IMG/VR virus record: IMGVR_UViG_3300048861_000178
Location: 32,001-96,000 of that record
From: a virus
Lineage: Duplodnaviria; Caudoviricetes
Length of the DNA: 64,000 nucleotides
Reading direction: 5' to 3' (one strand)
Position numbers and translations under genes: made by a program
Notes under the pieces: generated by a model
Seen by the model: only the letters and a program-made list of their open reading frames with translations
Databases searched by the model: none
What the model was told of the DNA's origin: nothing
Part shown: piece after piece, positions 1 to 9,844 of the stretch
How the letters are laid out: each line of letters begins with the position of its first letter
Numbering within the stretch: the first letter of the stretch is position 1

Positions 1-843
1 ACTGAAGCAGGTCGGGCTGAATCGCTGAGCCAACTGGGCGAGTGGTTCTCCTTCGAAGGCGAGCAGCTGAAGACGGAAGAAGACACCATCAAGGCTTTGC
101 ATTCGACGGCCAAGGTGGCGGGTTTCATTTACGACACCTACGCCAACGAAATCGAAGCTACGGGCCAGCGTCTGGAAACCATCCTTGGCAGCGTGACGCC
201 GCAAAACGTCGACGACGTGTTGCAGAACGTCGTGAAGCAACTCGGCCGTCTGAACTTTGGTGGCCTGCCGATGGCAGTCTCGGAAGGTAATGACAACGGT
301 TACGAAGTCGCGACATGCCAGTCGTTTCTCGGCAATGGCATGCTGATCGGGAAGACCTTCAAGGTCCAGCCGAACATGCCTGCTGCGCAAGCCCTCGACG
401 CGATTCGTCATTCGGGTATCACGCTCGAAAAGGGTGACGCCGATCGCATGACGCACAACGGCTACACGCAAGGCCACCAGGCAATCTTCTACCTGTCGGA
501 TCGCGCGATGTTGCAACAAGCGCTCAAGGGTGCCGAAACGCTGCTGGCGGTGATCGAGAACTTCCACAGCCAACATGCACCGAAGTTGAAGAGCGTGTCG
601 GATCGCCTGAAGGCAGTTTCTGATAAGGCCGTCGCGGCTTTCTCGGGCACGGTGCAAGGTGAAGGCGCAGCGGAAGCTGAGCACGAACTCAAGGCCGCAC
701 TGAACCTGAATGCGATGTTCGCCCGTTGGGCGCAAGTGCCGACCCTGCCGTTCTACAGCTACATCGTCAGTGCTTGCCGGTTCGTGCTGGCCTGGTGTCA
801 GCTGAGCATCGACGGTAAAGTCGTTCTCGGCAAGTCCGCCTAA
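1..843 (+). CDS. phiKZ-like internal head (inner body) protein, 5'-partial
   Basis: Frame is open from base 1 (TEAGRAESLSQ...). C-terminus LNLNAMFARWAQVPTLPFY parallels LDFNSALARWVQQPSVAFY of the next gene. Confidence 0.7.
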   Translation, partial: TEAGRAESLSQLGEWFSFEGEQLKTEEDTIKALHSTAKVAGFIYDTYANEIEATGQRLETILGSVTPQNVDDVLQNVVKQLGRLNFGGLPMAVSEGNDNGYEVATCQSFLGNGMLIGKTFKVQPNMPAAQALDAIRHSGITLEKGDADRMTHNGYTQGHQAIFYLSDRAMLQQALKGAETLLAVIENFHSQHAPKLKSVSDRLKAVSDKAVAAFSGTVQGEGAAEAEHELKAALNLNAMFARWAQVPTLPFYSYIVSACRFVLAWCQLSIDGKVVLGKSA

Positions 844-859
844 CAAGGAGCACGTCAAC

Positions 860-2227
860 ATGCTGCGTAAACACTTTGCTCCGACGCCCCCGTCGGAGGA
901 CGTGCGCTCGACTTTTCGAGTGTCACTCGAGGAACAGATCATCCTCGTGGACCAAGCCAATGAACAAGCGGCCAAGTCTGAAGATCTGCTGTGCGAAACC
1001 GAACGCATGACGGACCTGGCGAAAGCCATCGAAGATCTCGCCGTCATCGCGGATGGAATCGAAAAGCCGAGTGCGACTGAGCTCGACCTGATCGACAACG
1101 TCGCGCAAATGGCCTGTGCCGGTACGGACATGCCGCCCGAACAGTTGCTCGGTGGTCCTGAGCTGGCCGTGGGTCAGCAGATCGCCACGGAGAACTGGCG
1201 GGAAACGGCGGGTAAGCTCTGGGCGGCCATCAAGGCGCTCTGTGCGAAGATCTGGGAAGCGATTGACAAGTTCTTCAAGGTTCACGTGATTCTGCCGACG
1301 ATCTATGCGAAGCTGCAGCTGCTCGTCAAGCAGATGAAGAACCGCACGGGTCAACTGAAGTACGGCGCGAATCCGGCGATGAATGTCGAGCACGGGATGA
1401 ACTACTTCTCGAACGGCATTCGTGTCACGCGTTCGATGCCGGAGTTCACCAAAGAGCTCGAGCGTTTCGTGAGCGCGGTGAACTTCGTCTACGTCGACAA
1501 TCCGCAACGCGTGGTCACGCTGACCGATGCACTGGCGGCTGCCATTGTGAAGTGGACGCCGGAGACGACTGATGACGTCGCTGCTGCAATGCGTCAGGCC
1601 TTGGTGCAGTCGCAAAAGCTGCGCAGTAGCTTCCCGCTGCCGTTCCTGTCGAACGAGGGCGAGTTCACGCTCATGTCCTGCCAGGAAGTGCTCGGCTGTA
1701 CGTACTTCCAGTTCCGTGAGTTCAAGGACAGCGGTAGCGTCGGTAACTTCGAAGCGATCGAACGTCTGCGTCACGGCGGTCTCACCATGCTCGAAGGCGA
1801 AGAGCCGAAGAGCGACGACGTGGTCTTCAAGCACGCGACTGCAGCGGTCTACGAGCATGCGGTCCAGCTCATGAACGATGCGTTGCAGAAGATCGCGCAG
1901 TTCAATGGTTCGCACGGTGGCCTGAAGCAACTCAAGGCAGCACGTGCAAAGCTCGAACAAGCGGCAGATCACGTCGTCATCGAGGCAGGCAAGATGGCCG
2001 AGCAACAACCGGTCGAAGCCGCCATGGTGAAGAGCATGCTCGACTTTAACTCGGCGCTTGCGCGCTGGGTACAACAGCCGAGCGTGGCGTTCTACACCAA
2101 GGTGATTGGCGTCGCTCGTACGCTGATGATGATCATCGCGCATTACAACTCGGTGTACGAAGTGGCTGATCCGAACAAGGAAAAGTCGCTCGTCGGCGAG
2201 CTGCAAGGTCAAGCACAACCGGCCTAA
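860..2227 (+). CDS. phiKZ-like internal head protein paralog
   Basis: AAGGAG RBS; acidic propeptide-like N-region with S-L-E and A-T-E motifs, followed by the amphipathic WAAIKALCAKIWEAIDKFF helix typical of this family. Confidence 0.75.
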   Translation: MLRKHFAPTPPSEDVRSTFRVSLEEQIILVDQANEQAAKSEDLLCETERMTDLAKAIEDLAVIADGIEKPSATELDLIDNVAQMACAGTDMPPEQLLGGPELAVGQQIATENWRETAGKLWAAIKALCAKIWEAIDKFFKVHVILPTIYAKLQLLVKQMKNRTGQLKYGANPAMNVEHGMNYFSNGIRVTRSMPEFTKELERFVSAVNFVYVDNPQRVVTLTDALAAAIVKWTPETTDDVAAAMRQALVQSQKLRSSFPLPFLSNEGEFTLMSCQEVLGCTYFQFREFKDSGSVGNFEAIERLRHGGLTMLEGEEPKSDDVVFKHATAAVYEHAVQLMNDALQKIAQFNGSHGGLKQLKAARAKLEQAADHVVIEAGKMAEQQPVEAAMVKSMLDFNSALARWVQQPSVAFYTKVIGVARTLMMIIAHYNSVYEVADPNKEKSLVGELQGQAQPA

Positions 2228-2235
2228 GCCCCAAG

Positions 2236-2276
2236 GGCATAATGGAGGCAGGACTTCGGTCCTGCCTCTATGACGC
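2236..2276. repeat. UUCG hairpin element GGCATAA..GAGGCAGGAC-TTCG-GTCCTGCCTC-TATGACGC (near copy at 26377)
   Basis: Perfect 10-bp stem at 2245-2268; no + strand U-tract. Confidence 0.75.
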
Positions 2277-2277
2277 C

Positions 2278-2286
2278 GATCCTATG
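2278..2286 (+). promoter_or_regulatory. putative late promoter (GATCCTATG)
   Basis: TATG core as in phiKZ late promoters; CCTATG recurs upstream of the genes at 8403 and 24640. Confidence 0.4.
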
Positions 2287-2311
2287 ATGAAATTATAGCC
2301 GGGGAACAGAA

Positions 2312-3940
2312 ATGCCCAAAATCATGGTGGAGCTTCACGAGACGTACGAGAGCATTACGCGCCCGGTGGTGTACAACATCGTGCGCGATATGATCAAGCG
2401 TACGGGCTTGCCGAAGGACATCCGCATCAACTATCCGGGTGACATTGAGCGCGCCATGCAAGATGGCTCGTCGATTACCTCGACGCATCCCGAAGCGACG
2501 AAGTTTGCGTACACCTCGCAACTGACGATCGAAGTGGATGAGCAGTACCAGGAAGACCGCTTGCTCTCGTCGGCCGTATGGCGGCCGGAGAATCCCTTTA
2601 TCTTTCGTGATGACGCGCTGGGTGTGGGGATCAAGCCGGTGTACGGTTCGTGCGACACCACGGTGACGGTGAAGTTCCGAGCCCGCAGTAAGCAACAGGC
2701 TACGCGCTGGCGCGATGAAATCAAGAACCGCACCGCCCAGGGCCGTGAGCAGTTTGTGCATCAGATCGCCTATCACTACCTGGTGCCCGAAGAGATGTTT
2801 GTGGTGCTCAGCGAGATTCATCGACTGCGTGAGAATGTGGCCGGGTACGATGAGGATTTCGCAACCTACTTTAAGAACCACCGCACCAGTAAGGCGCGCT
2901 TCTTAACCGACCAGGCCGGACGCAATGGTCGCTGGGGGATTGCGGAGTCACAGATCCGTGTGCTGGGTTGGTTTGACTGGGAAGGTCAGCCCGAGCAAGG
3001 CAGCAAGGAAGACGATGGCTCGACCTGGACCATTGGCTTCTCGTACAAGTTCAAGTACGACAAACCGAACGCCTGCGCGATGCAGTATCCGCTGATCGTC
3101 CACAACCAGATGATCAAGTACCATCCGGAGCCACCCGATCAACCGATGTACCAAATCGAAAACCAGCTGCGTCGTTATGCGCTCTCAGCGAAGATGTTTG
3201 CGTATTTCGAGACGGGTGGTCCGATGCACTACATGCAACGGCGTCAAGGCTATCAGGTGCCCTCCTACGACGAGTTTATCCCGTTTAGTGTGGTACCGAA
3301 TACGCTGCGCTTGATGACCGCGCTTGTAAGGATCGATCCGGCAAACCCACGCGCGCTCTTTAACCTCACGGATAATATCGGTGGGGACATCATGATGGAC
3401 CCTGACATCCGGTGCTGTCTGGAAAAAGAGTGGCCGTACATGACGCAGCCGATGCAGTCGATCTTTAACGTGAGCCTCTATACGGGTCAGCTCCTGCAAA
3501 CCCCCGATAAGCTGACGGTCGACGCCGATCTGAATGTGAAGACGACGTTTGACATGGATCTGCGTCAGACCTATCACGTGCGCATCAGTCTGGTGAAGAA
3601 CCTGCGGCTCATTCCACGCGCGGCACTCGATCGCTTGCGTGATTGCGCGCCGTGTCTTATCAAGCTGCTCGATGCGATTGATCCGACGCTCAAGGGTCGA
3701 GGATTGCTGCCGTGTATTGTGGGCGACACCTGGGTCACCTGGCCGTGTCTCGAAAAAGCAATCAACGCGATCAATGGGGCGACGGCGGCGCAGCAGAACG
3801 CACCGACTGGCTGGAACGTGGGCACCCTCTTTATCCAGACGGGTCGGGCTGTGGATGGTGTGAATACCAATGCCGCGACGTGGGGCTATGTGCCGGGCTT
3901 GGCTCCGGCTGATCCGCATGACGACGGCTGCTCTTGCTAA
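2312..3940 (+). CDS. jumbo-phage virion structural protein
   Basis: 542-aa ORF directly after the internal-head genes; role inferred from synteny with phiKZ-like structural blocks. Confidence 0.6.
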   Translation: MPKIMVELHETYESITRPVVYNIVRDMIKRTGLPKDIRINYPGDIERAMQDGSSITSTHPEATKFAYTSQLTIEVDEQYQEDRLLSSAVWRPENPFIFRDDALGVGIKPVYGSCDTTVTVKFRARSKQQATRWRDEIKNRTAQGREQFVHQIAYHYLVPEEMFVVLSEIHRLRENVAGYDEDFATYFKNHRTSKARFLTDQAGRNGRWGIAESQIRVLGWFDWEGQPEQGSKEDDGSTWTIGFSYKFKYDKPNACAMQYPLIVHNQMIKYHPEPPDQPMYQIENQLRRYALSAKMFAYFETGGPMHYMQRRQGYQVPSYDEFIPFSVVPNTLRLMTALVRIDPANPRALFNLTDNIGGDIMMDPDIRCCLEKEWPYMTQPMQSIFNVSLYTGQLLQTPDKLTVDADLNVKTTFDMDLRQTYHVRISLVKNLRLIPRAALDRLRDCAPCLIKLLDAIDPTLKGRGLLPCIVGDTWVTWPCLEKAINAINGATAAQQNAPTGWNVGTLFIQTGRAVDGVNTNAATWGYVPGLAPADPHDDGCSC

Positions 3941-3949
3941 AGGAATACC

Positions 3950-5320
3950 ATGCCTGTTTTTGACGAAGTGCCGAACTCGCCGATTGCGACGCCTGTTCCG
4001 GCTACCATTCAGATCTCTAAACCTGCCTACCGTGGCGTGGTGGTCGACACGACCCTCATCCCGCAGCAATCGCTCTTGACGAACATCGAGGGCATGAGCA
4101 TGACGGTCGATTACTTCTCGCAAGTGATCGATGAGGACAATGCGCTCACCGGCCAGTCGGTCGACAAGGAAGGGATCTATCAGCAGTACCGACGGATTCA
4201 GAACCTTGAACTGAAGGTGATGCAGGATCTGAAGAGCACGCAGGACGGCAACCAAAAGACCATGGCGGTCACTGGTAACGCGAACATGTATCCGTTCGTG
4301 GTGCCCAATGAAGGCGACATGTTCGTGGTCGCGCTGCTCGACGGCCGCGCAGGCATCTGTCAGATTACGCACTCAGAAGAGCGCTCGATCTATAAGGACA
4401 CCTGCTACTACATCGAGTACGTCCTGGTCGATGAAGCGACCAAGGAACGCATGAGCGACCTGGTCAGCAAGACCGTGCAGAATCTGTACTTCCTGCGCGA
4501 CTTTCTGATCCATGGCCAGAACCCCCTGATTCAGGAAGAGGACTGGCATGACCTGAACGAGCTCGGTGATCGTTACCGCGATCTGGTGGCGATGTACTTC
4601 AAGATGTTCTCGTCCAACGAGTACAAGACCCTGGTGTTGCCTGGTCAACCCGAGCCGACGTACGATCACTTTGTCATGAAGGCGGTGATGAAGTTCTTCA
4701 CCACCTGGGACACGTACCTGATCCGTCAGAACCGGATTCTCAACTGTGATGACGACGATGTGATGAAGTCGATCACGATCTGGGATGCGCTGGTCAATCG
4801 CGATGACCACCTGATGAAGTTTGTGAACAAGCGTGCTGGGCTCGTCCCGGCTTGCCTCTTCACGCGCAACGCCATGCTCGAAGGGATTCACTATTCCGGC
4901 ATTCGGCGGGTGGTGTATCCGATCGACCCGGAGCTCACGGTGGACTTTGCAGCCTTGCCTGCGATTAAGAGCGCCGACGGCACGATCGCCTTGAGCCCAG
5001 TGCAGTCGCGTAAGGGTACGCTTAAAGACCTGCTCGATCCGACGCAGGAGCAGGGTCTGCAGATCTACGGCAATGCCCCATTGATCAATCCGGTGTTGTG
5101 TGACGATTACTACGTGTTCTCGGAAGCCTTCTACAACAACTACCCGGACGGTCAGTCCAAGCTGGAACTGTGTGTTCGAGATTTCCTCCAAGGTAAGGCG
5201 ATCAATCGCAAGCTGCTCTTGCAGTTCTGCGACACCTACCATGCCTGGGGTGGGCTCGAGCGTTTTTATTACCTCCCCGTCGTGCTAGTCCTGATCAACG
5301 CAGCGATTCGCGCGGTATAA
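3950..5320 (+). CDS. jumbo-phage virion structural protein
   Basis: 456 aa, AAGGA RBS, operonic with neighbours; function from context only. Confidence 0.6.
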   Translation: MPVFDEVPNSPIATPVPATIQISKPAYRGVVVDTTLIPQQSLLTNIEGMSMTVDYFSQVIDEDNALTGQSVDKEGIYQQYRRIQNLELKVMQDLKSTQDGNQKTMAVTGNANMYPFVVPNEGDMFVVALLDGRAGICQITHSEERSIYKDTCYYIEYVLVDEATKERMSDLVSKTVQNLYFLRDFLIHGQNPLIQEEDWHDLNELGDRYRDLVAMYFKMFSSNEYKTLVLPGQPEPTYDHFVMKAVMKFFTTWDTYLIRQNRILNCDDDDVMKSITIWDALVNRDDHLMKFVNKRAGLVPACLFTRNAMLEGIHYSGIRRVVYPIDPELTVDFAALPAIKSADGTIALSPVQSRKGTLKDLLDPTQEQGLQIYGNAPLINPVLCDDYYVFSEAFYNNYPDGQSKLELCVRDFLQGKAINRKLLLQFCDTYHAWGGLERFYYLPVVLVLINAAIRAV

Positions 5321-5336
5321 TAAGGAAGGCCCCATC

Positions 5337-6023
5337 ATGCCTATTGTTATCAACGAAACCTTTACCACGGACTACTACATCTTTGAAAAGTTGTGGTGGT
5401 GTCGTGTGCCGTTTAACGCCTCGCGCTCCGTCGAGCACATCAAACACTTCGGCACACCCATGTCGGGTGACCCGGATCGAGATCGCGCGACGGCCAATGA
5501 GCTGGTGGATCGGATGCTCACCATTGAACGGATGGTCGAGTACACCAAGACGGGCGTGCATGTCTACGTCAAGAACCGCAACGATTGCAAGGAGATTTAC
5601 GAGGCCATCAGTTTGCATCTGCAAGGCTGGAAGAAGCACCTGGAGTCGAGCCTGAATACGGGTGACGCCCCCTTGCAGGATCTGGTGGATCTGGATCAGT
5701 TTGCCAACCTCGTCTACTCGCACGCCAAGTACCAGTTCACCAACCAGTGGATGGAAGACGTGTTGCAGCGTCACATCTCCAGCTCGTTGCGTGTCTCGCG
5801 GGGCAACATGTTCGTCGCCAAGCCCTCGATCCAGCCGCAGGATACCCGTACCGATGAGGAGAAACTCGCCGAGCAATATCCGGACCGTCAGGACATGTCG
5901 GATGTGTTTGCTCGCCGCCTGCAGGCGGGCTCTTTGAACCGCGGCCTGTTGCCCCAACAGAGGCTGCCGGAAAAGAGTGGCGAGCGTATCCCCGTGCCGG
6001 GCTTAAGCGACAAGTGGAAGTAA
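5337..6023 (+). CDS. hypothetical protein
   Basis: 228 aa, TAAGGAAGG RBS, tight spacing. Confidence 0.7.
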   Translation: MPIVINETFTTDYYIFEKLWWCRVPFNASRSVEHIKHFGTPMSGDPDRDRATANELVDRMLTIERMVEYTKTGVHVYVKNRNDCKEIYEAISLHLQGWKKHLESSLNTGDAPLQDLVDLDQFANLVYSHAKYQFTNQWMEDVLQRHISSSLRVSRGNMFVAKPSIQPQDTRTDEEKLAEQYPDRQDMSDVFARRLQAGSLNRGLLPQQRLPEKSGERIPVPGLSDKWK

Positions 6024-6032
6024 GGAGCCCCT

Positions 6033-7394
6033 ATGGAACTGGAACAGTCGGGATTGTATCAAGAGGTGCAAGCGATCACCGCTGCGCCCAATCCCGTGCA
6101 CTTTGCATGGTCCGCGATCATTCACCTGAATGCGACGGGTGTGGACCTGGTGCCGCTTAAGCTGGTGTCCTATGACATCCAGGCGGACTATGAGCTGAAC
6201 TACGGTGACGTGGTGATGGTGGAGCTCCTGATCCCAGCAGGGAAGTACGCGTATCAGGTCTACCCCAACCAGAGCAATCTGGACATCACGATCATCAAGA
6301 CGCCCTTGAGTGAAACCAGGGACACGACCAACACCGCCCAGCAAGTGCAGCAACAGCGCTTTACAGCCACGCTGGTGGATCGGGGTAACCCGACCTTAAG
6401 TGGTAATGGTCGGAACGTGGTGTCCGAAGACGATCTGGATCGCGTCTCGCTCCTGAACATCAACTTCCAGTTGGTGGATAAGGCCCTCGAGCAATTGCGC
6501 ATGCGCACCTACGGCAACATCTTTCGCTACATGACGCCGCAAGACGTCATCACTGGTGTGCTCACCCAGCAGTCGAGCAACATCATGGTGAATGGCGCGC
6601 AAGCCGTGCAGGGTGTGCAAATGGTGCCAGCGGATAATACCACCAGGCGCGATCATCTGGTAATTCCGCAGGGTACGAAGCTCGTGAACCTGCCGAAGTA
6701 CGTGCAGGAGAAGTGCGGCGGTGTGTACGGTGCAGGGATGGGGTATTACCTGCAAGACGGCTTCTGGCATGTCTATCCGCTTTACGATCCGACTCGCTAC
6801 AGTCAGGCGTTCTCGCAGGCGACGATTATCATCATCCCGGAGAACAAGTATCCGAACCTGGATCGTACTTATCGGCAGGACGGCAGCAACCTCGTCATTC
6901 TGGCAACCGGCACTGTCAAGACCCAGGATAGCTCTGACTCCAAGCAGCTCTCGCAAGGCAACGGCTTGCGCTTTGCGGATGCCAGCAAGATGATGGAGGG
7001 CTTTGTCTACACCCAGGACAATAAGACCCTCGCCGCACGAGGTTCGATCAACAGTGAGTTTGTCTCGACGCAGCGTCCCAATGGCATGAATAATGTGCAG
7101 GTATCGCCTAACCGCATCACTGCCAATCCTTATCTGGAATACTCGGCATTGGCTCAGCGTAATGGCGGCCTGGTGGGGCTTGTGTGGGAACACACCGATC
7201 CTTCGTTGATTGTGCCTGGCATGATGCTGCGTATTCTGTATCTGTCCGATGACTCCATTGAACAGATGTACGGGGTTCTCCTGAAGGCTCACCACTCCGT
7301 GCAAATGGCGGCTCCAGGTTTGACCGTAGCGCGACACGTCACGCGTACTGCGCTTACGATCTTTACGCAAGGCCAGTCTCAGGGGACGTCCTAG
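6033..7394 (+). CDS. virion protein, possibly baseplate hub-like
   Basis: 453 aa, TAAGGAG RBS, beta-rich termini; the hub call is inference from size, pattern and position before the fibre genes. Confidence 0.45.
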   Translation: MELEQSGLYQEVQAITAAPNPVHFAWSAIIHLNATGVDLVPLKLVSYDIQADYELNYGDVVMVELLIPAGKYAYQVYPNQSNLDITIIKTPLSETRDTTNTAQQVQQQRFTATLVDRGNPTLSGNGRNVVSEDDLDRVSLLNINFQLVDKALEQLRMRTYGNIFRYMTPQDVITGVLTQQSSNIMVNGAQAVQGVQMVPADNTTRRDHLVIPQGTKLVNLPKYVQEKCGGVYGAGMGYYLQDGFWHVYPLYDPTRYSQAFSQATIIIIPENKYPNLDRTYRQDGSNLVILATGTVKTQDSSDSKQLSQGNGLRFADASKMMEGFVYTQDNKTLAARGSINSEFVSTQRPNGMNNVQVSPNRITANPYLEYSALAQRNGGLVGLVWEHTDPSLIVPGMMLRILYLSDDSIEQMYGVLLKAHHSVQMAAPGLTVARHVTRTALTIFTQGQSQGTS

Positions 7395-7433
7395 TCGAGC
7401 ACGATAGCGTCGACGTTTTACGAGGGGAGCAAC

Positions 7434-7685
7434 ATGCGTCAGCTACTGGCCCGAGCGCTCGTGATGTCAGCGCTTGTCTATGTGGTGGTTGCCGCAACGG
7501 CTGGCACCATATCCTTTATCACTCCGCTTCTGCCCGAGGCTACGCCGTTGATCCCGGTGGCAGAGTTCGCGCGGTTACTCGTAGCCGATCTCGAACACGG
7601 AGCGATTTTGCAGGTGTGTCAGCCCTTTCGCTGTTTCAAGGAAGACACTCACGGCTATCAAGGGTTGCGTGCTTTAACGCCCTGA
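7434..7685 (+). CDS. small membrane/secreted protein
   Basis: GAGGGGAG RBS, N-terminal hydrophobic helix, followed by a terminator. Confidence 0.55.
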   Translation: MRQLLARALVMSALVYVVVAATAGTISFITPLLPEATPLIPVAEFARLLVADLEHGAILQVCQPFRCFKEDTHGYQGLRALTP

Positions 7686-7691
7686 CCTAGG

Positions 7692-7720
7692 GGGAGAGCT
7701 TCGGCTCTCCCTTTATGCCG
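7692..7720 (+). terminator. UUCG hairpin followed by TTTATGCCG
   Basis: GGGAGAGC-TTCG-GCTCTCCC-TTTATGCCG. Confidence 0.75.
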
Positions 7721-7738
7721 TTGACAGGGCCCAGTAAG

Positions 7739-7758
7739 AAAATATCGTCAATTCTATG
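7739..7758 (+). promoter_or_regulatory. putative late promoter
   Basis: AAAATATCGTCAATTCTATG has the same A-tract-to-TATG spacing as 8333 and 24557. Confidence 0.5.
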
Positions 7759-7787
7759 ATTAATTATTCAATCTCGGGACCAACACC

Positions 7788-8327
7788 ATGGCCACACCTA
7801 AGCCTTACGGTGGATTGAGTAGCGATCGTTTGACCGCTTTGATTAGCGTCTACAATCCTGGTTTGCATCGGGTTGAGCACGTTGATTTTACGTACGGACA
7901 ACCCCAAGAGTACACAGATGCTCAGGGACGGAATACCCAGGTGACGCTCACCCCGGTGGCAGGGACTGACTACGTGGGGCCGGAGGACATCCATTACAGG
8001 CGTCTACCATTAAGCGTACTGTCGTTGCTGCCTGCGGGCTATGTTAAGCCCGTCGTCATCGAGGCGTTTCCGTTTTCTATTCATGCTTCGTTGGATGCGA
8101 TCAACGAAGCGTTGGGCCTTAACCTGACGCCTGACGAAGTTGAAGACACAGTCTACAGCGAAGAACAAAGCACCTACCAGTTGACTGCGATCGGTGCCAA
8201 TTCCCTAGCGTGGCTGGACTCGACTTATGAGTTCCAGGTTCAATTGCCGGGGGCCTTAATTCCCCTCGATTCGGTGATTGTGCGTCCTACGCTGAGTGGT
8301 CTGGTCTACGTCCAGCCCCTTGTGTAA
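7788..8327 (+). CDS. tail-fibre family A paralog (module only)
   Basis: NTQVTL..YVG...YRRLPL, INEALGLNL..EV, ANSLAW, C-terminal arm LDSVIVRPTLSGLVY. Confidence 0.7.
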   Translation: MATPKPYGGLSSDRLTALISVYNPGLHRVEHVDFTYGQPQEYTDAQGRNTQVTLTPVAGTDYVGPEDIHYRRLPLSVLSLLPAGYVKPVVIEAFPFSIHASLDAINEALGLNLTPDEVEDTVYSEEQSTYQLTAIGANSLAWLDSTYEFQVQLPGALIPLDSVIVRPTLSGLVYVQPLV

Positions 8328-8332
8328 GCAAT

Positions 8333-8352
8333 AAAAATTGGCGCATCCTATG
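8333..8352 (+). promoter_or_regulatory. putative late promoter
   Basis: AAAAATTGGCGCATCCTATG shares GCATCCTATGC with 24569. Confidence 0.6.
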
Positions 8353-8402
8353 CGAATGTGTTTTTTCCTTCGACTCCATTAACCTTCCAGAAGGTATCGA
8401 AA

Positions 8403-8933
8403 ATGGCATGGCAACTTGACTTTACCAAAGACCCCGATCAGGTCCTTCTGGATCAGATCAACCACGACAACGCCAGTGCCCTGACGCTCGCGCTCATCTC
8501 CTTCGGCATTCCGACGGCCATGACGGGCACCAATCCGAACCCGGACACGCAGATCACCGTGTCCTCGCAAGCTGGTTCGGGCTATACGGGTAGCGTGGTG
8601 GTGAACTACAACCGCGTCGACCTGTCGACGATTCCGGGCGCGCGCAGCACCGTCTACGCACTGGGCAATGCAGCGAACATTTCGGATATGATTCCGGAAG
8701 TGAACGCTGCGTACCAGATCAACCTGACGGCGGCTGACTACACGGACGGCCCGCTGCCGACCTTCACCGGCGGCATCCCGAACGAAGAGCACAACTTCCA
8801 GATCGCGGCTACGGCGGATTCGGTCGTCTACGAAGGCGTGATGACCCTCACGCTGCGCTCCAACGACATCCCGCTGTCGAGCGTCATTACGTCGCCGACG
8901 CTCACGGGTCTGGTGTACGTCCAACCGTCCTAA
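8403..8933 (+). CDS. tail-fibre family A paralog (module only)
   Basis: GYTGSVVVNYNRVDL, VNAAYQINLTAAD, arm LSSVITSPTLTGLVY; start placed at ATG 8403. Confidence 0.75.
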   Translation: MAWQLDFTKDPDQVLLDQINHDNASALTLALISFGIPTAMTGTNPNPDTQITVSSQAGSGYTGSVVVNYNRVDLSTIPGARSTVYALGNAANISDMIPEVNAAYQINLTAADYTDGPLPTFTGGIPNEEHNFQIAATADSVVYEGVMTLTLRSNDIPLSSVITSPTLTGLVYVQPS

Positions 8934-8961
8934 GTCGTTTTGTTGGCTCAGACCTAAAACG

Positions 8962-8990
8962 AGAGGGGACCTTCGGGTCCCCTCTTTATT
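8962..8990 (+). terminator. intrinsic terminator
   Basis: AGAGGGGACC-TTCG-GGTCCCCTCT then TTATT. Confidence 0.75.
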
Positions 8991-9005
8991 CGTTAAGGGG
9001 TAAGC

Positions 9006-9836
9006 ATGTCTTTTGTGCCAGTCGCTTCCGACCGGCTGTTGGCACTCATCAATCAGGCAAACCCGCACCTTCCGACACCGGTTACCAAGAGTAACCTGTA
9101 TCTGGGTGGCGCGCGCCTGGACCCGAGTGCTTCGGACGGCAAGTCTTCTATCGTCCCGACCACCGGGGTGTTGGGGACCGTGTATCACGGGTATCAAGAT
9201 TTCAAGTATCAGCGCATTAACCTCACGCAAGCTTACGACTATATTCCGGTCATGCGCAGCGTGGGTGCCGATACGTTGTACAACATGCTCGACATTGTCA
9301 ATGCGTATCTGGGGTTGAACTTCACACAGGACGACGTTGTTGACACCAATGTTGCGCGTGTCGATGCAGGTGCCTCAGTCAACATCAATATCATTGCCAA
9401 GCCAACCTCACTCGGTTATACCGGCTCGATGGTATTGGAATTTCAGCGGATCACGCCCGAGCTGTCTTCAGTGATTCGTAGCGTGAGTTTGGACACGCAA
9501 AACTACGACCAGATCGACCCAACGCTGAACAAGCTCGACATTGGCATGCAGATGTGGAATGTCGATATGTCGCCGTTCTTTAGCACCACTGCCTCAGCCA
9601 ATGCCTTGGCCGTCTCAAGCAACGGGACGTGGGCCAACCTGGCGTTGCTGAAGGCTGCGATTCAGAAACAGTTTGGCTACACGGACTGGCCCACGCCAGC
9701 AGCGAACACGGTGACCGATTACGCGACTTCGAAGTATCCTGGCGCGAACACCAACTTCGAACGGGTCGTGGTTCAGAAAAACGTGGTGGGTGGCACCTAC
9801 GTCGGTGCGGCGCTCTTCCACTATAACCAGAGCTAG
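9006..9836 (+). CDS. tail-fibre family A paralog with tip domain
   Basis: YHG...YQRINL, VNAYLGLNFTQDDV, SLGYTGS; ends LFHYNQS. Confidence 0.75.
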   Translation: MSFVPVASDRLLALINQANPHLPTPVTKSNLYLGGARLDPSASDGKSSIVPTTGVLGTVYHGYQDFKYQRINLTQAYDYIPVMRSVGADTLYNMLDIVNAYLGLNFTQDDVVDTNVARVDAGASVNINIIAKPTSLGYTGSMVLEFQRITPELSSVIRSVSLDTQNYDQIDPTLNKLDIGMQMWNVDMSPFFSTTASANALAVSSNGTWANLALLKAAIQKQFGYTDWPTPAANTVTDYATSKYPGANTNFERVVVQKNVVGGTYVGAALFHYNQS

Positions 9837-9844
9837 GATTAGTC

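Noticed and set aside
923-2218. 431-aa minus-strand ORF
   Set aside because: Antisense shadow of the internal-head gene; no recognisable motifs; explained by codon bias.
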